Position numbers and translations under genes: made by a program. Source: Candidatus Altiarchaeota archaeon (GTDB taxonomy: Archaea > SpSt-1190). Taken from it: a DNA stretch of 35,940 nucleotides. Below the pieces are notes generated by a model. The model was not told the DNA's origin, ran no database searches, and saw only the letters and a list, made by a program, of their open reading frames with translations. Within the stretch, counting starts at the first letter, position 1, and each line of letters starts with the position of its first letter. The stretch lies in contig JAAOXW010000015.1 of assembly GCA_018221005.1 (NCBI GenBank), positions 1 through 35,940 on the forward strand, read 5' to 3'. Positions 1 through 8,309 of the stretch are shown one piece after another.

Positions 1-413
1 GTATATACGGGCGAAGGTGATGCTCTCGGAATTCCAAATAGCTTTTTCATTACCTTGTCTGCAAGCCACCAAACCCCTGCACCAGTCATAAGGTTGAGGA
101 ATAAACTGGAGGTGTACGACGCACCCACGGCAGTTATGCCCACAGCAACGGGGACACCCTTCACCACGGCATTCTCAATAGAACCCCTCTCATATTTCTT
201 TGACTCCCCCTCCAGTCTCCCAGAACCAACAAACATGGATGCTTGTGAGTAAGAATCATAAACTAAATCCACAGTTGCTTCCTTAATTGAATCCCAATTT
301 TTTGCAACCTTCATCTCAAAACGATTGCCCTCATACAAATGTTCTGGAACTCCCTGTTCCTTGAGGGCATCAAAGTACTGATAAACGACTTTTCTCGCAT
401 CTTCCTTGTCCAT
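1..413 (-). CDS. hypothetical protein, first 137 codons only (ORF open to the left window edge)
   Basis: Not in the supplied track because no stop lies in the window. The reverse-strand ATG at 413-411 gives MDKEDARKVVYQYFDALKEQGVPEHLYEGNRFEMKVAKNWDSIKEATVDLVYDSY... and stays open to position 1. A TATA-like ttttataaatt (431-441, reverse strand) is centred about 23 nt upstream. A hydrophobic segment, VPVAVGITAVGASYTSSLFLNLMTGAGVWWL, lies near the edge. I prefer this over the opposite-strand 55-252 ORF. Confidence 0.55.
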   Translation of the reverse strand, partial: MDKEDARKVVYQYFDALKEQGVPEHLYEGNRFEMKVAKNWDSIKEATVDLVYDSYSQASMFVGSGRLEGESKKYERGSIENAVVKGVPVAVGITAVGASYTSSLFLNLMTGAGVWWLADKVMKKLFGIPRASPSPVY

Positions 414-558
414 AGAGGCTTGAAGTTTCAAATTTATAAAATTAACACAGCTTATTGACGAAGTCTGTGAGTTTTTCGAGCCCCTCAAAAACTATGGGGC
501 AGTTGGAGTTCACAAAGTCAAAGAGCTAAACATCTATAAAAATGATGCGGTGGCCCAG

Positions 559-570
559 TATTTTTATTAA
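559..570 (+). promoter_or_regulatory. TATA-like box for the 591 CDS
   Basis: tatttttattaa is centred about 26 nt upstream of the GTG at 591. The same spacing recurs across the window. Confidence 0.4.
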
Positions 571-590
571 GACGGGTTATGGAGTCTTAA

Positions 591-1238
591 GTGCTGGATT
601 CGGACAGATATGAAGCAGACCGCCAAAGTTTATTCCTGCCACGATGGGACAAGCTGGTGCGATACGTTGATCCAGAACGGTTATTTTTGGTGAAGTTAAG
701 CTTGGGGTCTGTTGCACTTGAAGACAGTTATTGGTCCCTAAATTCGGAAACTGTAACGAATTTGGGCAAAAGTGTCCGTGAACAGCTTTTTGATGCCATC
801 CCCCTCATCAACGACATTGAAGCAGAACGACTGGCCATTTTTGAAACCTATCGATTCGTTGGAAGAAAAATTCTTGAGCCACTACTTAATGTAGAGCCTT
901 GGGTGAAGGAAGGTGTTGTAATGGCATATGCAAGTATTATGTTGCAAGTTTTGAGATATACTTACTTGTATGATGAAGTTGAAGATGAGTATGGCCTTGC
1001 AGTGTACACAACCAAGTTAGGGTTTGAAGAAACTTGGTCCGAGTGGGGGGAGTTGAACCTAACTATGCGACATGCATATGACCTGGTATGTGAACTACAC
1101 GAGGCGAATGAGGACGGAGCACAAAAAGACTTTGAAAAAATCTTTCGAGAGATGCACGCCACAGAAATGAGCTACAGTCTCAGAGACTCAAAAAACCTCA
1201 TACCTTTTGAAGAAAAGTGTGGCCCCCCAGGGAACTGA
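591..1238 (+). CDS. hypothetical protein, paralog A of a tandem pair
   Basis: 215-aa ORF with a GTG start. It is colinear with the next ORF and roughly 45% identical by eye. Shared blocks are DRQxxFLPRWDKLxxYVDPExLFLV, FDAIP, FETY, KEGxVxAYA, EVED, EDGxxKDxEKIF and LIPF. It has no TM segment or signal peptide, and I can assign no family. Confidence 0.65.
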   Translation: MLDSDRYEADRQSLFLPRWDKLVRYVDPERLFLVKLSLGSVALEDSYWSLNSETVTNLGKSVREQLFDAIPLINDIEAERLAIFETYRFVGRKILEPLLNVEPWVKEGVVMAYASIMLQVLRYTYLYDEVEDEYGLAVYTTKLGFEETWSEWGELNLTMRHAYDLVCELHEANEDGAQKDFEKIFREMHATEMSYSLRDSKNLIPFEEKCGPPGN

Positions 1239-1241
1239 AAA

Positions 1242-1251
1242 GTTATAAAAG
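1242..1251 (+). promoter_or_regulatory. TATA-like box for the 1269 CDS
   Basis: gttataaaag is centred about 23 nt upstream of the ATG at 1269. Confidence 0.45.
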
Positions 1252-1268
1252 ATGGCCACTGGGCTTGG

Positions 1269-1913
1269 ATGTTGGACTTAGATAAGTTTGAATCAGATCG
1301 CCAAAATATATTTCTGCCTCGTTGGGACAAGCTAGAACAATACGTGGATCCGGAACAGTTATTTTTAGTAGGGCTAAAGTTGAAAGCGTCGACACTCGTG
1401 GATCTTCAGTTGCCCTTAAATCTTGAAATCATAGAAAATATGGATAAAAGTCTTCGCGATAGTCTTTTTGACGCCATTCCCTCTCTATGTGATGGGGGAG
1501 AAGCAAGAAGGGTTGTCTTTGAAACGTATAAACTCATTGGAGAAAAAATTCTTGACCCCATAAACAACATAGAAACTCCTGTGAAAGAAGGCCTTGTAAT
1601 AGCATATGCTGGAGTAATGTCACTTTTATTGGAATATCAATACTTACACGCCGAAGTTGAAGATGCCCATAACCAAGCGCTATGTGGTGTCAAGTATGGC
1701 CTTGAAATAAACGAGAACTTTGATAATTTTAATCCGAATATGCAAGCTGCATACGAAATAGTATGTGATCTTTACAAGGCAAGTGAGGACGGAGAACCCA
1801 AGGATATTGAAAAGATTTTTCAAGAAATACAATCTGCAGAAATGAACCAGATTCTTGTGGGCTCAAAAAAATTAATACCTTTTGGAGAAAGGACCGGGTC
1901 CCCATATAACTGA
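1269..1913 (+). CDS. hypothetical protein, paralog B of a tandem pair
   Basis: 214-aa ORF with an ATG start and its own TATA-like box. It is colinear with 591-1238. Confidence 0.65.
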   Translation: MLDLDKFESDRQNIFLPRWDKLEQYVDPEQLFLVGLKLKASTLVDLQLPLNLEIIENMDKSLRDSLFDAIPSLCDGGEARRVVFETYKLIGEKILDPINNIETPVKEGLVIAYAGVMSLLLEYQYLHAEVEDAHNQALCGVKYGLEINENFDNFNPNMQAAYEIVCDLYKASEDGEPKDIEKIFQEIQSAEMNQILVGSKKLIPFGERTGSPYN

Positions 1914-1926
1914 TGGCTTTGTGTTC

Positions 1927-2586
1927 TTATACAGAACTCTGATTACAAAAGAGGCGTCTTCCCTTGTAAGTTTGATTAGGGAGAGGGTCAATCAACCCAT
2001 AAACCGAATCCAGCGCGGTCTGAAGGTCCCCTTCATTCTCAACCACGAGGTCCGCATTTTCTTTTGTCATTGTGACATACTTTTCCATCTCAAGTGAACC
2101 ATCAAAGTATTTTTCAACAGTCTCGGCGTCTCTGCCCACTTCAGGCTGTGTGTCTCTTTTTATTTTTCTCTGCTTTCGGAGCTGGGCAGGAGCATCTACA
2201 TAGATACTAAAAATGGTTCCGTTTTCAATAGTTACTCCTCCTGTCTTTTCCTCGAAGTCAGACAAGGCATACAAGCCATCAATCACTAAATTTTTCTGAG
2301 GTTCTATTTCAAGCCAATCCTTAATGTATCCCGGCTCCTTCACATAATTTGGAACAAAAGCGGGGCCCTCTCCATTTAGTTCCGTTAGAAAATCACGAAA
2401 GCGCTCCCAGTTGAAGGCGTCGGGATGATCCCAGTTAACTAGGCCAGCCACCTCCATTTCTCTGGCGGTATTGTAAAAGCTGTCCATTTGAATATGCGTT
2501 GCATTGTACTTCTCAGCAACAGCCCTGCCTATTTCGGATTTTCCGGCGCCTGTTGGGCCGCCGAGTAGAATAATCACACTCCTCAT
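1927..2586 (-). CDS. udk: uridine kinase / phosphoribulokinase-family P-loop kinase
   Basis: The P-loop GGPTGAGKS is followed by MDSFY, NWDHPDAFNW, LVIDGLYAL, IYVDAP..LRKQRKIKRD and ADLVVEN. This is colinear with the Udk pattern (NYDHPxAxD, VIILEG, FVDTPLD..RRIKRD, ADIIV). The track ORF begins at TTG 2598; I prefer ATG 2586 (MRSVIILLGG). Confidence 0.8.
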   Translation of the reverse strand: MRSVIILLGGPTGAGKSEIGRAVAEKYNATHIQMDSFYNTAREMEVAGLVNWDHPDAFNWERFRDFLTELNGEGPAFVPNYVKEPGYIKDWLEIEPQKNLVIDGLYALSDFEEKTGGVTIENGTIFSIYVDAPAQLRKQRKIKRDTQPEVGRDAETVEKYFDGSLEMEKYVTMTKENADLVVENEGDLQTALDSVYGLIDPLPNQTYKGRRLFCNQSSV

Positions 2587-2684
2587 ATGTCCGGTCAATT
2601 AAATGCTCTGTTGCACTTAGAAACAATCAACCGGATATGACCATTGTAACAAGTATGTTGAAGCACAGTAACTTGGAAAAAAAG

Positions 2685-2694
2685 CTTTATAGTT
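2685..2694 (+). promoter_or_regulatory. TATA-like box for the 2714 CDS
   Basis: ctttatagtt is centred about 24 nt upstream of the GTG at 2714, which supports the non-ATG start. Confidence 0.45.
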
Positions 2695-2713
2695 CTGAAG
2701 CTGAACAAAGGAT

Positions 2714-3481
2714 GTGGAAAAAATAAGTTATGGGGACGGAGAAGTTGCGTATAAAATTGTAGGCAAGGGGCGTCCAGTATTATTTATCCACGGAATGTTA
2801 ACGGACCACACAACAACGGGTAAGTTTGTTAATGAGCTTATTCGTAGCGGATTCAAACTCATCCTCCTCGATTTGCCGGGGCATGGTGAGTCCACATACT
2901 GGAACCGTCATGTCGACAAGGTGGTGGACTCCATCCACGAGGTAATGAAAACCCTCAAATTGGGTAAGTACTACGGCATAGGTCATTCCATGGGCACGAC
3001 ACTTGCTTCTGAACTTGCGAGAGTAGATTCAAATATGGAAAAGGTCGTGTTAATCACACCCACCGTTTCAAAAAAGCACACGACTAAATTTTTCATAGAC
3101 CGTTTTTGGGAAGGTGTAAGAGATTTGGACATCTCTTTAGCAAATCTTTCCAGAAAAATTTATATCAAGAATTGGTGGCCTGAATATTCAAAAGTAAAAA
3201 TTGAAAAACGAATTGTAGAAATTTTGGAACAAGATTGGCGAGCCTTTGCATCTGGCTTTCTTTGGGGGAGAACAGTAGATATGGCCAGAAACATAGAAGA
3301 GCTTGGAGACAGGTGCATGGTTATTGCAGGAACTCATGACCAGATTGCCCCCCTAAAATATGTAAAGTTAATTGCTAAAAATCTTGAAATTGTTGACTGC
3401 AACCACTCAAGTATAAGGGGCAAACATCTTGGGAAGGGAAAGAACAATTTATTTGTCAAATTTTTCAACAAGACTACTTAA
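2714..3481 (+). CDS. alpha/beta-fold hydrolase
   Basis: It has an FIHGML oxyanion region, the nucleophile elbow GHSMG, and a C-terminal GTHDQIAP plus NHSS (Asp/His candidates). The length of about 255 aa is typical. Confidence 0.8.
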   Translation: MEKISYGDGEVAYKIVGKGRPVLFIHGMLTDHTTTGKFVNELIRSGFKLILLDLPGHGESTYWNRHVDKVVDSIHEVMKTLKLGKYYGIGHSMGTTLASELARVDSNMEKVVLITPTVSKKHTTKFFIDRFWEGVRDLDISLANLSRKIYIKNWWPEYSKVKIEKRIVEILEQDWRAFASGFLWGRTVDMARNIEELGDRCMVIAGTHDQIAPLKYVKLIAKNLEIVDCNHSSIRGKHLGKGKNNLFVKFFNKTT

Positions 3482-4631
3482 CTGTTCTTGGCCGCGGGGT
3501 CTTTATCCCAAAAATGGTGTGGAGAGGTCTGATTTGCTTCGCAATAAGGTAGGTCAGAATAGTTCCGGAAAAGGTGAGGGCGAGGATGGTCAAGAATTTT
3601 GCGAGGATGCCCCAGTTCAGCTGAACAATGTAGAATGAAGCGATTACTTGGAAAGGGTAGTGGATTAGATAGATGGGATAAGATGCAGGTCCAAGAAATC
3701 TAAGAGCGGGGCTACTTGTATTTAGAAAACGTTTACCGAGCCATAGAATAAACAACACGCAGAACCAAGCTACAAAAGTGAAAATGAAGTATCTGTACAA
3801 CCACAGGAGACCGCCCACGAGTGGAATACCATAAATTATTGGAATCATCGCTAAAAGAAGAAGTCCGGGGCCAAGTAATCCAACTAGTAATTTATGTTTG
3901 ATAAGTGCTTCCTCAAAACGTTTATCTAAAGCAAAGATGTAACCAAGGATGAAGAAAACCAAGAAGTACACTGGATTTCTACCCACTAAGTCAGGTAAGA
4001 GTTGCGCCAAAATCAAAGGAACAACAGGCCACAGAAGAACTAACTTTGAATTGAGAGAAGCGAGAGTCTTAATTTGTAATTGACCTTTCTCACGTCGCAA
4101 ATATTTGAAAAAGGGAATTGAAAGTAAGGACATAATGAGTAAGTAAAAAATAAACCAAAGGTGTCCGGGGCTAAATTGCCCATCATAAATGCCAGACGAT
4201 ATCTTGAAGAGATTATAACCCAATCCAAGAGATGTAGTCTCCACATTCAAGAAAAGTTTGAAGCTATTCAAAAAAGATCCAGAATATCCATTAAGGTGAA
4301 TATTGGAATAATGAGTTGCAGGAAGAATGAAGAGCAAGAGTCCAAAGAGCAAGGGGATTCCCAATCGTTTTAGTCGCTCCTTAGCATATCTCCCAAAGCT
4401 ACGAAAATCCAATGCAAATTTGGTTGAAAACCCAGAAACAAAAAAGAAGAGGGGCATAAACCAAACCCAAGCTGACTTAACAACATAGCCTGCAAGTGGG
4501 ACTTTATCTACATTTTTTATTCGTGCGGTCTCAAAGGGATCAAAAACTTGAATAACATGGAACAACACCAAGAACAAAACGGCAAGAGTCCGCAACCAAT
4601 CGATATCATACCGTCTTGGGGGTTTTGGCAT
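3474..4631 (-). CDS. acyltransferase family 3 integral membrane protein
   Basis: 385 aa with about 10 hydrophobic helices. The N-terminal DWLRTLAVLFLVLFH motif is typical of OafA/OpgC-type acyltransferase_3 proteins. Confidence 0.75.
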   Translation of the reverse strand: MPKPPRRYDIDWLRTLAVLFLVLFHVIQVFDPFETARIKNVDKVPLAGYVVKSAWVWFMPLFFFVSGFSTKFALDFRSFGRYAKERLKRLGIPLLFGLLLFILPATHYSNIHLNGYSGSFLNSFKLFLNVETTSLGLGYNLFKISSGIYDGQFSPGHLWFIFYLLIMSLLSIPFFKYLRREKGQLQIKTLASLNSKLVLLWPVVPLILAQLLPDLVGRNPVYFLVFFILGYIFALDKRFEEALIKHKLLVGLLGPGLLLLAMIPIIYGIPLVGGLLWLYRYFIFTFVAWFCVLFILWLGKRFLNTSSPALRFLGPASYPIYLIHYPFQVIASFYIVQLNWGILAKFLTILALTFSGTILTYLIAKQIRPLHTIFGIKTPRPRTVK

Positions 4632-4644
4632 TACTGAGAACCAC

Positions 4645-5178
4645 TCAGAGTAATTTAAATACCCTAATTATGGCAGGCATCGCCCGGACATAAGTCCACC
4701 CCAGGAAAAATACTTGTAACCACACCGGAACACCAGATACAAACCCAAAAAAAACAATTGAAGCTTTGGCGAACGCATTCAGAATTCGGGAAGCCCCAGA
4801 AGTGTAAATTAATTTGTGCACTTTAGACATAATGTCCTTTTGTTGTTGCTTAGTTTTCAGTACCATCTCAAAGTGCATAGCAAAGTCGTAGAAGATGTGC
4901 CGAGCAGTTAGAAGAACGAAGAATCCAAGAGAGATGCGATCCAAAGTGAGGAAGTAAGCGAGGTAAGAAATATCTACAATTCTATCAATGGAGAGGTCTA
5001 GAAAGCCACCATAGGAGGTGGAGCCAAATTTCCTTGCAATGGGTCCATCTAACAAATCAATCAAGTAGTTAACAAAGGCAATGGTAAGATTGGCGGTGAG
5101 AGAAAGTTGCGAGGCCAGTGAAAGATGAACTGCCAAAATTAGCAGGCGGAAAGTGCTGGCTGTATTTGCAAACTTCAC
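4645..5178 (-). CDS. CDP-alcohol phosphatidyltransferase family protein
   Basis: DLLDGPIARKFGSTSYGGFLDLSIDRIVD matches the D-x2-DG-x2-AR...G-x3-D-x3-D signature. The protein is multi-TM. A TATA-like gaattttatacc (reverse of 5198-5209) lies about 25 nt upstream. Confidence 0.7.
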   Translation of the reverse strand: MKFANTASTFRLLILAVHLSLASQLSLTANLTIAFVNYLIDLLDGPIARKFGSTSYGGFLDLSIDRIVDISYLAYFLTLDRISLGFFVLLTARHIFYDFAMHFEMVLKTKQQQKDIMSKVHKLIYTSGASRILNAFAKASIVFFGFVSGVPVWLQVFFLGWTYVRAMPAIIRVFKLL

Positions 5179-5251
5179 AAGAGGGCTTGAATCCGAGGTA
5201 TAAAATTCTATCGTATGTTAAACCTTAATTACTCCTGAAACATGGATTTCT

Positions 5252-5749
5252 ATGAAAAGAAACGCCATATGGAATACACTTAGGAGTCAAATGTTCATTG
5301 GGCTCATCCTATTTCTGCTACTCGCCCTTGCGGGAGGTATATTCTCAGGGGCACTGACTTTAGACAGTATCAATTTCAGAACAGTTACTTTTCACTTACC
5401 CCTCATGAGTGTGGATTATACGATGAATCCAGACTATGGACTGTGGGTGGGAATCTTAGCCACGTCCGCCACACTTGCTGCGTTCTTAAGCAATTATCTT
5501 GGCAGGCGTTCCTTCATCACTTATAAGTTTGTCAATTATCCTGCAGACCACCTCAAAGTCATGAGGTTTATTCGCGGCAACCCACAGAATGTTCGGGGAG
5601 TTTCCAAGGAATTTGACATTCCAAATTCAGTCGCGCAGAGGGTTCTGGAAGACTTGGAGAAGGGCGGTCTACTTGAGAGAATCAGTGACGGTGATAGAGC
5701 TATCTATTACTTCCCTTTTGAGAAGCATTTAGTCGGTGTTGTGAAGTAA
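5252..5749 (+). CDS. membrane-anchored winged-helix (MarR/TrmB-like) protein
   Basis: The N-terminal half has two hydrophobic helices (IGLILFLLLALAGGIFSGAL and LWVGILATSATLAAFLSNYL). The C-terminal half, RFIRGNPQNVRGVSKEFDIPNSVAQRVLEDLEKGGLLERISDGDRAIYYF, has an HTH-plus-wing pattern. Confidence 0.55.
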   Translation: MKRNAIWNTLRSQMFIGLILFLLLALAGGIFSGALTLDSINFRTVTFHLPLMSVDYTMNPDYGLWVGILATSATLAAFLSNYLGRRSFITYKFVNYPADHLKVMRFIRGNPQNVRGVSKEFDIPNSVAQRVLEDLEKGGLLERISDGDRAIYYFPFEKHLVGVVK

Positions 5750-5796
5750 CTCAAGAGTCGTAAAAATATATAAATGCCAAATGCCTCTCCGGGCTT

Positions 5797-6228
5797 ATGA
5801 AGCCCCGAACCTATACTATTGACATTAATGGTGAGCAGATTGGAGAGTTTTACGCATATAGTATGGTGGACCTTGATGCCTTTGATGACAGGGGAATAGT
5901 AGTCGAACTCCGAAATAAGAATACGGATGACAAACCATCTGAGAATAAGATTGTCAATACAGAAACCAATCACGGGCTTCCCTATGGTGAATTCTTACAC
6001 ATACAGGTCGATGACCTGGGCTATATCAGTCTAAGCGATACACGGGACAGGAACACAAAAAACCAAGAAGGTCCGCTAATGGTTCAGCAAGGAAAACACA
6101 ATCAAAAAATTAGAGATGGAGGGCCATATACTAATGTTCCCCTGGCAGATTGGGAGAGTTTCGATATTGCCCCAAGGGATGGGAAGTACCGAATAACTAT
6201 TGGTGCGGAAGGTCCCTCCTATGAGTGA
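5797..6228 (+). CDS. hypothetical protein
   Basis: 143-aa ORF. The TATA-like aaaatatataaatg is centred about 27 nt upstream of the ATG. I recognise no motif. Confidence 0.5.
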   Translation: MKPRTYTIDINGEQIGEFYAYSMVDLDAFDDRGIVVELRNKNTDDKPSENKIVNTETNHGLPYGEFLHIQVDDLGYISLSDTRDRNTKNQEGPLMVQQGKHNQKIRDGGPYTNVPLADWESFDIAPRDGKYRITIGAEGPSYE

Positions 6229-6249
6229 ATGAACTCACCATAAAAGTTT

Positions 6250-7077
6250 TTGACTAAAAGGTTAAATGTCCCCAGTAATAATGGGGGTATGTTTTGGACG
6301 AACCTCCTCTACGTTGCAGTCCTAGCATTATTCCACATGATTCTTTTCTTTAGCATTGCGATAATGGACAAAAATAATGTGGCCATAGATATGGCGTGGA
6401 GTTTAGGTTTCATGCTGGTGGCGCTAGTTACAATTATACGCACCGGAACTTTTGAGCCGCGCCAAATGTTAATTACAACCCTTGTTTTAATTTGGGGTTT
6501 CCGTTTGACTATTTTCCTATTCTTCCGGGCTCTGCAAATGAAGGGTCTGAGGAACTTCAGCTATAAGCAGCCCAAAGGGACGGTGACCAAGAAGCCGACA
6601 GTTAAAGAGCTTGCACAGGGTGTCTTGGTTCAGATGGGTCTTATGCTCATAGTACTCCTTCCTGTAATATTTGTCAACTCAAGTATGGATTCCACCCTAA
6701 CTGCGTTGGATATAGTTGGTGTGGGGCTTTGGTTTGTAGGTTTCGTTTTCCAGGCGGTTTCGGATTTGCACCTCTATCTGTTCAAGAAAAAACCAAAGAA
6801 CCAAGACAAACTTTTAACAACGGGACTCTGGGCCCTCACTCGACACCCCAACTACTTTGGTGAAATTTGTATGTGGTGGGGTATCTGGTTGATGGCACTC
6901 TCAATCCGAGGGGGCTTCTATACCATAATTGGGCCCCTAACCATTACATACCTCCTGCTCTTTGTATCTGGGGTTCCAATGGTCGAGAAACAATATGAAA
7001 AAAATAAAGCTTATCAAAAGTACAAGCAAAGGACTTCGAAGTTCATACCTTGTTTTAGAAGGAAGGGAAAACAATGA
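6250..7077 (+). CDS. DUF1295 / steroid-5-alpha-reductase-like membrane protein
   Basis: Multi-TM protein. The C-terminal LTTGLWALTRHPNYFGEICMWWGIW motif is characteristic of DUF1295 and ICMT-type membrane enzymes. The track start is TTG 6250; ATG 6289 (MFWTNLLY) is an alternative. Confidence 0.7.
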   Translation: MTKRLNVPSNNGGMFWTNLLYVAVLALFHMILFFSIAIMDKNNVAIDMAWSLGFMLVALVTIIRTGTFEPRQMLITTLVLIWGFRLTIFLFFRALQMKGLRNFSYKQPKGTVTKKPTVKELAQGVLVQMGLMLIVLLPVIFVNSSMDSTLTALDIVGVGLWFVGFVFQAVSDLHLYLFKKKPKNQDKLLTTGLWALTRHPNYFGEICMWWGIWLMALSIRGGFYTIIGPLTITYLLLFVSGVPMVEKQYEKNKAYQKYKQRTSKFIPCFRRKGKQ

Positions 7078-7373
7078 TATTAGTAAGCTCCTGTCTACTG
7101 GGTAATGGTTGTGGTTGCAATCAAAAGGCCATTGTCAACGAGAGGGCCAAGGAACTTGCGGATTCTGGTAAGGCAGTTGTATTTTGCCCAGACAAGAGTA
7201 ATTGGACCTCAGAGCAAGTGGTAAAAATGGTGAGTCATTTTGGAGCGACTGCTGTTGTAGTTGGGAACGGCAACGGGGTAAACCTTGCAAAGGCACTTGC
7301 GGGCAATGGACTAAAAGTATTTTCAGAAGCGGACCTTGAAAGGCCAGACGTTTGGAAGCAACTGAACGCATAA
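7074..7373 (+). CDS. small hypothetical protein with a DUF523-like N-terminal Cys motif
   Basis: Its ATG overlaps the upstream stop (ATGA at 7074-7077). ILVSSCLLGNGCGCN...VVFCPDKS resembles the DUF523 N-terminus (vSaCLlG...vCPE). The remainder, HFGATAVVVGNGNGVNLAKALAGNGLKVF, does not fit that family. The assignment is weak. Confidence 0.45.
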   Translation: MILVSSCLLGNGCGCNQKAIVNERAKELADSGKAVVFCPDKSNWTSEQVVKMVSHFGATAVVVGNGNGVNLAKALAGNGLKVFSEADLERPDVWKQLNA

Positions 7374-7375
7374 GT

Positions 7376-7684
7376 TCACAGATTTCTTTTGAGCCACGCC
7401 ATAAAACACGCATTGCCTTCAATGGGTTCAACTGCAACAATTGGACATTCATCACTGTGGATGGGTTTAATTACTTCAAGAATTTTGTCCTGAAAATCCC
7501 GTCGGGAAAATGCAGAGATGTGACAATCCTGTCGGGACAGAACTTCCCCCTTCCACCAGTAGTGGGACTCCCCCTCGGCAATGAAGGTGCCTGCAACCAG
7601 ATGCTTTTCAATGAGTAACTTCACCATAGCTCTGGCTTCTTCTTTATTGACAGCACTAATCAACATCTTACAAAATTCGACCAT
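7376..7684 (-). CDS. cutA: divalent-cation tolerance protein CutA
   Basis: 102 aa. LVAGTFIAEGESHYWWKGEV..., KT-like middle region and HSDECPIVAVEPIEGNACFMAWL follow the CutA1 pattern (LAACvn...S.Y.W.G.i...H.Y..PEi...g...Y..Wl). Confidence 0.8.
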   Translation of the reverse strand: MVEFCKMLISAVNKEEARAMVKLLIEKHLVAGTFIAEGESHYWWKGEVLSRQDCHISAFSRRDFQDKILEVIKPIHSDECPIVAVEPIEGNACFMAWLKRNL

Positions 7685-7701
7685 AGCTACTCAATCAAAG
7701 G

Positions 7702-7711
7702 GTATTTTTAT
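7702..7711. promoter_or_regulatory. single AT-rich TATA-like element between divergent starts 7684 (-) and 7732 (+)
   Basis: gtatttttat lies about 22 nt from the cutA ATG on the reverse strand and about 25 nt from the GTG at 7732 on the forward strand. Confidence 0.4.
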
Positions 7712-7731
7712 GTCCTACGGTCAGAACCACT

Positions 7732-8265
7732 GTGCGAAAGTGGCTTGGTGCACTGACCTTAGGACTCTTAGTAATCCTCGCGGGGTGTACTGAAGCCCAA
7801 CTATACACTCCAACGGGAGTGCTAACCAAAGTGGTAAACACTTTGCCCATGGGGTGGGAATCAGTTTATGCCCCCCGAAACTCAACTAAGGTTTTTGACA
7901 GTTTCAGACCTTGGCTGGTGAATATGCGCGAGGTTGAAATAAAAAAGAGTGCCAATAATCAGAGTAAGACGTTGAGAATGAGTATTATGGTCTTTGAGAC
8001 CAATCTAGTTGCAGAGCGTTTTATTGCGAAAATAATTGCTGAAAATGCAGGCTATGATTCAGGAATAACTGGCTTGCCAACACACTATAGTTGTTTTGGA
8101 GTCAGACAGGACGAAACGGTGGGTGAAACGGAACTGCAAGAATTGAGTCTTTGCAGAACGGGAGAAATTGTGGTAAGCATGGAAGCGATAGGTGACTTGG
8201 ACGAAACCCTCTCCACCCAAATGATGGGGAAAATCATCTTATTGATTGATAATGGACTCAAATGA
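7732..8265 (+). CDS. putative secreted lipoprotein, unknown function
   Basis: The N-terminus MRKWLGALTLGLLVILAGCTEAQ contains an LAGC lipobox. The start is GTG, 25 nt from the TATA-like box. Confidence 0.55.
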   Translation: MRKWLGALTLGLLVILAGCTEAQLYTPTGVLTKVVNTLPMGWESVYAPRNSTKVFDSFRPWLVNMREVEIKKSANNQSKTLRMSIMVFETNLVAERFIAKIIAENAGYDSGITGLPTHYSCFGVRQDETVGETELQELSLCRTGEIVVSMEAIGDLDETLSTQMMGKIILLIDNGLK

Positions 8266-8281
8266 AGTGGAACGGGGTACT

Positions 8282-8290
8282 GTTATAAAC
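8282..8290 (+). promoter_or_regulatory. TATA-like box for sod
   Basis: gttataaac is centred about 24 nt upstream of the ATG at 8310. Confidence 0.45.
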
Positions 8291-8309
8291 TTAACACTGT
8301 TAATAGTCC

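Noticed and set aside
55-252. A 65-aa forward-strand ORF at the window start.
   Set aside because: The opposite strand carries a longer open frame (1-413) with a correctly spaced TATA-like box and a plausible protein sequence.
3429-4373. ORFs 3429-3638 (+), 4040-4246 (-) and 4161-4373 (+) within the acyltransferase-3 gene.
   Set aside because: They are shadow frames of a 385-aa multi-TM protein with a recognisable family motif.
7135-7618. ORFs 7135-7455 (-) and 7352-7618 (+), which overlap the 99-aa ORF and cutA.
   Set aside because: They conflict with the cutA frame, which has clear family motifs, and with the translationally coupled 7074-7373 frame. They have no supporting features.
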